Shown: piece after piece, positions 27,476-38,137 of the stretch | Numbering within the stretch: position 1 is the stretch's first letter | Layout of the letters: the number at the start of each line of letters is the position of its first letter | Source of the DNA: Octopus vulgaris | Lineage: Eukaryota | Direction: 5' to 3' | Assembly (NCBI GenBank): GCA_951406725.2 | Contig: OX597820.1 | Coordinates: 1,674,001 to 1,738,000 of the forward strand | Length of the DNA: 64,000 bases | Translations under genes and position numbers: made by a program | Notes under the pieces: model-generated | The model's database searches: none | The model's input: the letters and a program-made list of their open reading frames with translations, nothing else | What the model was told of the DNA's origin: nothing

Positions 27476-27783
27476 CAAACACTGAAGGTCGATGCATTCG
27501 ACTTGTCCCCCGCCCAAATTTCACGCCCTGTGCCTAGTGTAGAACTATATATCTTGTTCAGCCAATATCTTGTTACTAATATTCATGGCTTTTTCCTGAG
27601 AATATCCAAGTCTCAGTTCGAATTCTGCCAATGCTAACATTCACTTTTAACGTTTTAGTGTCGATAAAATAAGAAGCAGGTTCATATCTGGGTCGAAGTA
27701 ATAAACTAGCAAACTCCAACAACAACAATTTGGGACTTGTATATATGGCTTTTTTTCACTTTCTCTATTCCTCACTCACTCTT

Positions 27784-27835
<52 letters not shown>

Positions 27836-27857
27836 TATATATATATATATGTATATA

Positions 27858-27985
<128 letters not shown>

Positions 27986-28050
27986 GTATCAGTAATGCAA
28001 TACAAAGTATTGCCTTCCAGTAAAAAGTAGCCCGTGAGGGAAAAATACAT

Positions 28051-28312
28051 AAATTAGTAAATAAATGGCACAACTAAGTACCGATATTTACTGGAAAAAG
28101 CGAACGTAAAAATACGACGCATTATCCTTTTCCGGGTGTTTCATCTTTCAGATGTTCTCCCTGGAGGTAAGACGGTTTTTTTTCTCTAATTTGTTGCACA
28201 CACGCATTTTTGCTAATACATACGCGGTGAAGCTACACATTAGCGTCGTATTTTTACGTTCGCTATTTCCAGTAAATATCGGTACTTAGTTGTGCCATTT
28301 ATTTACTAATTT
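28051..28312. repeat. Inverted repeat, 70-bp arms, 122-bp spacer, between (TA)n tracts
   Basis: 28051-28120 is the reverse complement of 28243-28312 with one visible mismatch. Confidence 0.9.
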
Positions 28313-28325
28313 GTATATGTATATG

Positions 28326-28551
<226 letters not shown>

Positions 28552-28645
28552 TATCCAATCATGAAAGCACAACAATCACAACAACGCGAGGACGTGGAAC
28601 AAATATAGTATTATTGGACGCTCAGGAAAGATGGGAAGAAGGAGG

Positions 28646-28680
28646 GTTTAACGTTTCGAGCGGAGCTCTTCGTAGGAAAC
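28646..28680 (-). ncRNA. Degenerate minimal hammerhead motif
   Basis: Minus strand reads GUUU-CCUACGA-A-GAGC(UCC)GCUC-GAAA-CG-UU-AAAC. All three stems are present but the core heptamer is non-canonical. Confidence 0.55.
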
Positions 28681-28762
28681 ATAGGAGAAGAAAAGATCCA
28701 GAGAAGGGAAGACAGAGGGAAAAACAATCGCCAACGGTACACACGCGGTCATATGTATATGT

Positions 28763-29777
28763 TGGATGTGTGGTAAGTAGCTATCTAACCAATCACATGG
28801 TTCCGGTTTCAGCATGGCAGCGCAGGAAAGTGTCTTCTACTATATCCTCGATCCGAAAAAAGCTTTTTGAGCGGATTTGGTAGACGGAAACTGAAAGAAG
28901 CCCGTTGTATATGTATATGTTTGTGTGTCTGTGCTTGTGCACCCACCATCGCTTGACAACCGATGTTGGAGTGTTTACGTCTCCAAAATATAGCGGTCCG
29001 GCAAAGAAGAATGATAGAATAAGTAATAGGCTTACAAAGAATTAATGCTGAGGTTGATTTGTTCGACTGAAGACAAACTCTAGTATGGCCGCATTTAAGG
29101 GACTGAAACGAATAAAAGAAAAATATATACATATAAATATATACATTTGTGTGTGTGTGCATATATGTGTAAAATATGTATGTATATATATATATATATG
29201 CATGTGTGTGTGTATGTATGTAATTTATGTGTATGTATGTATGTATATTTATATATATATATATATATATCTGTGTGTGTTTGTATTATATGTATGTATG
29301 TATATATATGTATGTATGTATAATTAGCTTGCAAACCAACCATATGGTTCCAGGTTCAGTCCCACTACATGGCACCTTCGACAATTGTCTTCTGCTATAG
29401 CATCGTTTCCGACCAGAGCCTTTTGAGTGGATTTGGTAGACGGAAACCGAAAGATGTGTAATTAATATCTTTATCTCTCTATAGATTTAGAATTTTTATT
29501 CTCCTGTCATTATTCTTCTGTCATCTGATTAATTCTTTTATATTCCGTGAATTCTCTGTCTGGAACTACCCTGCATACACGTGGTCTCTGACGACGGACT
29601 ACCCTGTCCGGAGATGCTGACCCATCACCTGTGTTATCCCAGATACTGTGACTTTAATTACTTCTACTTCTCCATTTTTCATTCAACTCTAATTAAATAT
29701 TCTAAATGACCCGAGATACTCGACCTGCTTTGATTTTCATTTATTTTCCTTTAATATGTATGTATGTATGTATGTAG

Positions 29778-29865
<88 letters not shown>

Positions 29866-29932
29866 GTATGTACGTATTTGTATATATATAAATTTATATA
29901 TATATATGTATGTATATATGTATGCATATATA

Positions 29933-30012
<80 letters not shown>

Positions 30013-30785
30013 GTATTTGTGTGTGTGTGTGTACGACAAGCTTCTTTCACTGTCCGTCTTGTTTATAGCAGAGATCGTTTCCTCTAGGTGCCACGCGGTG
30101 GCACTGAACCAGAAACAAACTGCTGACCACACAGCCACGCCTATACCTGTAACGCTTGTCTACGTGTCTAATGAGTGTGTGTCCATACATATATCACTAT
30201 ATACACGTTTCTAAGAATATGTGTGTAAGTATGCATGTGTGTGCCTGTGTATATACAGATAATTCGATTGAATGTTAAGGTGTCGGACGATGCCAGGCAG
30301 AGAGATTATGACGTCACAAGAACAAAATAGATTTAAAGAGAGAGCTTGTCATTCTCTTCTCTTCTCTCACTCTCTCCCCAAACCTTTCTTCTCTCATAAT
30401 AATTACATCGTAAAATACCTTAGGAATGAGAACCTAGGTTCGAAATTTCCCCACGACACCTGATGAAAGCTGGAGGGTATATCAAGCGAAGCGTTGTGTT
30501 TACAACAAACAAGATGAGGACGAATATCCGTCAAATGTAAATAATGTAAATAAGAAGTTTTATCGTTTCAAATTTTTTAATTCTTTGCTTGTTTCAGCGT
30601 ATTTTTGACCACCAAACTGACCAAGATTGTATTTTTAGCTGCATTACTAAAGGCATTATGTGACTTCGGACTGTTCATTGCTTATACTGTCAATATAGTC
30701 GAGTGAAATACTTGACGTGTATCTAAAGGAAATGTTGACCGGCCATAATCAAGGATATTCTGTTCGATAACAGCTTCAAAGGGCG

Positions 30786-30836
<51 letters not shown>

Positions 30837-30858
30837 TGTGTGTGTGTGTATGTATATA

Positions 30859-30913
<55 letters not shown>

Positions 30914-31415
30914 TTAAATATTTGTTGTGCAAGAATTCTTATGTGAAGTCGTGTGTTGAAACAGATATTGTTATATTTCGGAATGGTCACATTGCCAGTT
31001 TAGCCAATAAAAACACACGCACTATATATTTGGTGTTATTTTGCTTCAGTGATATTTATTTTTTACATTAATCTTAATCTTATTTCGGACAAAGTTCTTT
31101 CGTCACACTCCTGTGACCGCATCAGTGGTCCTTTGTTTTCTTCTCACTTATTTGTGTCTCTCCTTACTAACCGTCTTACAAAATGGCTGACGGTTAGTAA
31201 GGAGAGACACAAATAAGTGAGAAGAAAACAAAGGACCACTGATGCGGTCACAGGAGTGTGACGAAAGAACTTTGTCCGAAATAAGATTAAGATTAATGTA
31301 AAAAATAAATATCACTGAAGCAAAATAACACCAAATATATAGTGCGTGTGTTTTTATTGGCTAAACTGGCAATATGACCATTCCGAAATATAACAATATA
31401 TATATACATTCATAC

Positions 31416-31465
<50 letters not shown>

Positions 31466-31632
31466 TACATATATATATGTATATATGTATATATTTATAT
31501 ATATATATATACATTGACCTGCTCGCTTAGCCAGCGGGGTGGCGTCATTCGAAGGCTAAAATAATGCGAACGCATTGTGACCAGCAATGTGTAGCAACAT
31601 CTGATGGTCTAGTCGGACACGTGATCACGTGA

Positions 31633-31663
<31 letters not shown>

Positions 31664-31692
31664 GTTTATATATATACGTATGTATATAAATA

Positions 31693-31749
<57 letters not shown>

Positions 31750-31787
31750 GTACATACATATATACATACATATACATACACACACAC

Positions 31788-31858
<71 letters not shown>

Positions 31859-32107
31859 AGAGGTATTTTAAGTACTTTGTAAGGAAATAAAATGAAATGT
31901 CAGTTGGAATTGATCCAAAAGCCATAGAAACCCTTGCTTCAGACCGAGTTCAATGGCAAACAAAATTGCATTGAAAGTTTTGAAGTAGCCAGGATGACCC
32001 AATCAAAACTGAAAACAAAATCAATGAAAAATGTTATTATCAACGAGAAAATGAAATTCAACAATTTCTTTTGTGTGTGGAGAATATTTTCTGAAAATTC
32101 TATTTCT
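28763..32107 (+). repeat. Segmental duplication, copy 2
   Basis: Collinear with 17366-20655; differs by insertions. Confidence 0.9.
30965..31399. mobile_element. 435-bp palindrome, probably inverted Penelope-type pLTRs, with a hammerhead-like motif in each arm
   Basis: 211-bp arms (30965-31175 / 31189-31399), one visible mismatch, 13-bp spacer. Arm contains GGAC(C)A-CUGAUGC-G-GUCAC/GUGAC-GAAA-GAAC-UU-UGUCC at 31233-31277. Confidence 0.75.
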
Positions 32108-32700
32108 GGACCATATCTCATTTGCGAAGCCATACAAAACGAACCTCCACCAACTATTCTGCGTATATGTCTGTGCACACATTTCAATACTCTGTATGCC
32201 AGAAGGTCTGAAAATCTAAGGGACGTCTCAATACACTTTAGGACCCACAAAGATCACAGCTCATCTGCACCACTTGGTCATACAAACCGGGCATGCATAT
32301 GTATGTGCATGTATATAAATATAAATGTAAATGTAAATATAAATATATGTATATATATGTATATATATGTATATATATGTATGTATAGGCGCAGGAGTGG
32401 CTGTGTGGTAATTATTTTGTTTACCAACCATATGGTTTCGTGTTCATTCCCACTCCGTGGCACCTTGGGCAAGTATCTTCTACTATAGCCTCGGGGAGAC
32501 CAGCGCCCTGTGAGTGGATTTGGTAGATGAAAACTGTATCTGTATTTGTCCCCCCAAGATCGCTTGACAACCGATGGTGGTGTGTTCGGCAAATGAGACG
32601 ATAGAATAAGTATTAGGCTTCCAAAGTATAGGTCCTGTGGTAGATTTGTCGACTAAAGAGCATGCTCCAGCATGGCTGCAGTCAAATGACTGAAACGAGA

Positions 32701-32748
<48 letters not shown>

Positions 32749-33116
32749 AATATATGGCCCAGTGGTTAGTGCAACGGACTCACGGTTGTAGAATCGCGGT
32801 TTCGTTTCCAGGCCAAGCGTTGTGAGTGATTCTGAGCTAAACACCTAAAGCTCCACGAGGCTCCGGCTGAGGGTGGTGGTGATCCCTGCTGTACTCTTTC
32901 GTCAGTCTTTCTTCTGTTGGCCTACTCCTTAGCCAGCGAGGTTGCGTCATTTAAGGCTAAAACAATACAAACGCATTGTGACCAGCGATGTGTAGCAGCA
33001 TCTGACAGCCTGGTTGGTCAGTGACGGTGAGGGTGTTATATATATATATATGTATATATGCATACATACATACATACATAATACATGTATGATGCATACA
33101 TACATACATACCTACC

Positions 33117-33147
<31 letters not shown>

Positions 33148-33188
33148 GTGTGTATGTATGTATATATGTGTGTGCGTGCCTCTATGTG

Positions 33189-33274
<86 letters not shown>

Positions 33275-33323
33275 TACACATAGAGGCACGCACACACATA
33301 TATATACATACATACACACATAC

Positions 33324-33354
<31 letters not shown>

Positions 33355-34038
33355 TGTATGTATGTATGTATGTATGTGTGCATATCTTTTGTTTTTCCTG
33401 AGTCAGTTATTAAACTGCAATCATGCTGGAGCAACAATTTGTAAAGATTTAACCCAAAATAAATTACTCCGGCAATTTTTCTTTAGCCTACGTCTTATTC
33501 TATCGGATGTCTTTTGCCGAACCGCTACATAATGGAGACAAACACAGATACAAAGAGAGAAAGAGAGACAAAGAGGGAGAGAATGAGGCAAATAAACATG
33601 TGAAACTTGTTGGGGTTGATATATAAAATAAATATCAATGGATAGATGTTAGCAGAGAGGAAGCAAAGATTGAGGATGTTCCACTCTCTGCTTTGTCTTT
33701 ATCTCCGTGTATCCATGGATTTCTGTTGCAGCCACTCTTCATGTCGGGGACTTGGTCGTCGGTAAAGCTTTCCGAGTCGAAGTTGAATCTGTTTGGTAGC
33801 TGCTAAGTGTTTTCTACATTGAGAATCTCTTGAGATCTGTTAAACCGCTCTCTTTCTCGCTCTCTCTCTCTTTCTCTCTCTCTCTCTATATATATATATA
33901 TCTGTCTATCTCTCTTTCTCTCTCTCTCACGTCTGTATATATATGTATATATTTGAGTGTGTGTGTGTGTATGTGTTTATATATGTATGTATATGTTTAT
34001 AGTATATATTTATTGAATATTTATATATATATATATAC

Positions 34039-34115
<77 letters not shown>

Positions 34116-34148
34116 CTATATATAAATATATATATATATATATGTATC

Positions 34149-34194
<46 letters not shown>

Positions 34195-34197
<3 letters not shown>

Positions 34198-34232
34198 CGA
34201 GAGGTCAATACCTCGAAATTCGAGTCCGTGTG
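34195..34232 (+). ncRNA. Hammerhead ribozyme motif, copy 1 (5'-truncated by a TA tract)
   Basis: UGACGA-GAGGU(CAAU)ACCUC-GAAA-UUCGAG-UC-CGUGUG. Predicted GUC cleavage after 34226. Confidence 0.75.
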
Positions 34233-34403
34233 TATCATAAGTTGAAGACGGGAAGGATGACTTCCCTTTGCAAATACTGATAGGACACAGATAGTGTTGT
34301 CTATGGCCAGCTGGAGGAGTATGTAATATCAGCAACAGTGAACGCTGGAAAAAGTATAAGTATTTGTGAAGGAAATCTAATTCTCGGCGACAACTATGAT
34401 TGT

Positions 34404-34449
34404 CACACGCTGACGAGAGGTCAATACCTCGAAACTCGAGTCCAGTGTG
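34404..34449 (+). ncRNA. Minimal type I hammerhead ribozyme, copy 2 (complete core)
   Basis: CACACG-CUGACGA-GAGGU(CAAU)ACCUC-GAAA-CUCGAG-UC-CAGUGUG. Canonical core, G10.1:C11.1 pair, palindromic stem III (ACUCGAGU), GUC site at 34440-34442. Confidence 0.85.
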
Positions 34450-34520
34450 TCCTCCTGGGGCTAAAAACTACAGTAGCATCCACCCTTAGTGGTTAGCCAT
34501 ATTGAAATGGCAAAAATACG

Positions 34521-34567
<47 letters not shown>

Positions 34568-34599
34568 CTATATATATATGTGTGTGCATTTCTTTCTTT

Positions 34600-34992
34600 C
34601 TTTTCTTATTCTCTTACTTGTTTCAGTCGTTTGACTGCGACCATGCTGGAGCACCGCCTTTAGTCGAGCAAATCGACCCCGGGGCTTATTCTTTGTAAGC
34701 CTAGTACTTATTCTATCAGTCTCTTTTGCCGAACCGCTAAGTGACGGGGACGTAAACACACCAGCATAGGTTGTCAAGCAATGCTAGAGGGACAAACACA
34801 GGTACATAAACATATACACATATGCATTACATATATACGACAGGCTTCTTTCAGTTTCCGTCTACCAAATCCACTCAGAAGGCATTGGTTGGCCTGAGGC
34901 TATAGCAGAAGACACTTGCCCAAGGTGCCACGCAGTGGGACTGAACCCGGAACCATGTGGTTGGTAAGCAAGCTACTTACCACACAGCCACC
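34600..34992 (-). mobile_element. Full-length SINE family B (head, microsatellite linker, 3' body)
   Basis: Head at 34837-34992 joined to the CTTGACAACC..TTAGCGGTTCGGCAAAAGAGAC..GCTCCAGCATGG..GACTGAAAC body. Head repeated at 35014-35172 and body at 35580-35778. Confidence 0.85.
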
Positions 34993-36261
34993 CCTAAGTC
35001 TATATACATATATACGACAGGCTTCTTTCAGTTTCCGTCTACCAAATCCACTCACAAGGCATTGGTTGGCCTGAGGCTATAGCAGAAGACACTTGCCCAA
35101 GATGCCACGCAGTGGGACTGAACCCAGAACCATGTGGTTTGTTAGCAAGCTACTTACCACACAGCCACTCCTACGTCTATGTATATATATATGCACACAC
35201 ATACATACGGAACCTTCACAGCTGCTCTACTGCTTGTCATCGCCCTTAAGATGAAACTTTAATTTAACAGTTCAAGGGCAATAACTCTTGTAGAATAAGA
35301 TGTATTACCTCCCTTAATGTTGTAAATTAAATTCTCTCGTTTGGGTCAAATTTTTCTTTCCGTCCTTCATTGACAATAAAACGAAGTGGCAAAGGTCGCT
35401 TCTTGCGTGTGTATGTTCGAGTGTAACTCAAACCGTTGATTCGCTTCCCCTTCTCTGACGCAGATAACCGTCTCTTTCGTGGGCCACAATATAAACATCC
35501 TGACAATTTGGCGAGTGTGTCCGTCTTTCAGTGGAATTGCTCAAACGGTGATTCGAAATCGATCCGCTTACCGTTGCCGTCGTTTGACTGCGGCCATGCT
35601 GGAGCACCGCCTTTAGTCGAGCAAATCGACTCCGGGACTTATTCTTTGTAAGCCTAGTACTTATTCTATCAGTCTCTTTTGCCGAACCGCTAAGTGACGG
35701 GGACGTAAACACACCAGCATAGGTTGTCAAGCAATGCTAGAGGGACAAACACAGACACACAAACATACACATATGCATTCAGTCAGTCAGGCGGCCATCA
35801 GGCAGGCATTGGAGAGAGAGAGAGAAAGACAGAGAGAGTGGGAGTGAGAGACAAAACGAGAGAGGGAGAATGAGTAAGAGAGAGAGTGGGAGAAAGAGAG
35901 AAGGGGAGAGAGAGAAAGAGGAGAAAGAAAGAGATAGAGTGGGAGTGAGAGACAAAGAGAGATGGAGAATGAGTAAGAGAGAGAGTGGGAGAAATAGAGA
36001 AGGGAGAGAGAGGGAGGCAGATAGGGACAGAGAGAGAAAGAGGAGAAAGAGAGAGAGACAGAGAGAGAAAGAGTGATAGAGTGGGAGTGAGAGAGAGAGA
36101 GAGAGAAACAGGCAGGAAGAGAGAGACGGGTGACACAACGGTGCCAGAGACACACAGACAGACAGAGATATATACAGTGAGAGAGAGAAAATAGAGTGAC
36201 AGAGACAGGTAGGAGAGAGAGAGAGTCTTTTTTCATCGTATGAGAATAGCAAGTCAGAGGC

Positions 36262-36945
36262 AGGTATTAGTTCTTCCGTCGTTGTCGACGATGACCAAAT
36301 ACATTACATGGGAGAAGGAGATGGGTAACGGTGTGTCCAGCAGTTGTCGTCCAGTCCGATACGTGCTGGGAAGTCTTTGCCACAGGTCGGGCAATGGTTG
36401 TCTGCTGGGTCTGAAGGCAAGAAGCCGACTCTGGACCCGCATAATTGAAGCTTTCGTTGCCCTTGTAATCATTTTCTAGGTTGCAAGGTATATCTGGGTC
36501 AATTAGTACCTCTGTCAAGGGCAGATGCAGTGACCTTTGGAGTAGTCCGTCCGCTTTGGTCCTCCTGTGACACCCACCTCTCACCTGTGGTTCATTAATG
36601 CTATCTGCATGCAACAGTATCCACACCCAGGCTCACGGCTTCCACAGGCTGGCTAAACCTTGGTAAGGGTAGCAAACGGCCTTTAACCATTGGTGGACTA
36701 GGGCTTGTCTATCTAAGGATGTGAACAGGTTGGGTGTGCTGAGGAAACCACTAGACAGGCTCAACAGACCAGCAAACTTTGTGGAGGGTGAACTGCAACC
36801 TGTCTGTAGTTTTCTTGACTTCATCCTTCCACTAGAATCACAGAGGAAGGGACAAGAGAGTGAGTCAGATGCTATTGTGCAACCTTCTATCACTTTAATC
36901 CATGTCACGCTCAATTCAAGATATCACACCATCCTAGGGTCAGGT
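36262..36945 (-). mobile_element. Internally deleted RTE-clade element (5'-UTR-like part plus 3' end)
   Basis: Minus strand near 36320-36420 reads PSDPADNHCPTCGKDFPARIGLDDNCWTH (RTE C-terminal Zn finger), followed by a CATCGTCGACAACGACGGA 3' end. The upstream part is GC-richer and non-coding. Confidence 0.55.
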
Positions 36946-36949
36946 AAAA

Positions 36950-37190
36950 TATTGGGTTGGTGCATAATTATTGCGGCTTTTTCAACAAATAATATTCAAC
37001 AAAAACAATAAAAATATTTATCAAAAACATCTTTACATGATCGTCTATCAAGCGAATGGGAAGCAGTTATTGAAGTAGATGGTGAATATGCTCCGGAATA
37101 ATCATTTAACGATGTTTTTGTTACATGTTATTGTTTTTGTTGAATAAAATTTGTTGAAAAAAGCCGCAATGATTATGCACCAACCCAATA
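36950..37190 (+). mobile_element. Mariner-derived MITE
   Basis: TA-flanked ~90-bp inverted arms starting TATTGGGTTGGTGCATAA. The centre encodes a transposase C-terminal remnant WEAVIEVDGEYAPE*. Confidence 0.9.
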
Positions 37191-37193
37191 TAT

Positions 37194-37243
<50 letters not shown>

Positions 37244-38039
37244 GCACACACACACAAGTCGGACGACGGATGGAACAACGGTTTGCCTATTGATGAGAGA
37301 AACGGATGTGAGGACATCTGGATGGAACACCGCTTTAGAGAGCATCGTGCGGTGTGTGGAGGGAGAGAAAGGGGCGGAGCGACGGCGAGTGATGCCTATT
37401 ATTAAAAAGAGTGAGAATAATATAAAATAGTGTTTATAACACATTATCGATAAATATCGAACATTGATCAATGGAATTAGTACAGATTGCGACTCCACGT
37501 CACTGATTCGTTTTTTATTTCGCTTTTTCACATTTCCAATTCTTTACTTTTCCTTTCACTCTGCCTGCAATCGTCACACAGGTTGCATGGTCGCTGGAGT
37601 GAAGTGGCTTAGAGGTTAGGGGTATTCGGCTTAGATTTGGGGTGATATATTAATATATGCTGAGGTGGGAGAGAGAGGATTTTCTAAGTACCCTTAATTT
37701 TTATATGAGTGACAACACAAAACTTTTATATACCTGGCTGTTATTTCTAGCATCACGTAGGACCACCAATTGTGTATTATTCCTCCGGATGCTTCTTAAG
37801 GTCTCCTTCAATCTTTCATGAAAAACAATGCAGAATATAATGTATTGAACTGTTATTTCTACCATCTTACCCGACAACCTGTAGGACAATATGTTTGATA
37901 GACGCTTCGTCAAGCGTCCTGCTTTTATAAAATAAAAACTTTAGAAATTTCAAGGTGTTTGGTTGCTGTTTCACGAATGATGCGAGACAATAGAGAGGTG
38001 AGATTCTTTTATAAAAGTCGAAATGGTTTTGGGAGGGAA

Positions 38040-38105
38040 ACAATGAGATTAAGGGAAAGAAAGAGAGTGAGAGAGAGAGAGAGTAAAAGGAAGGAAAGAA
38101 TGAAA

Positions 38106-38137
<32 letters not shown>

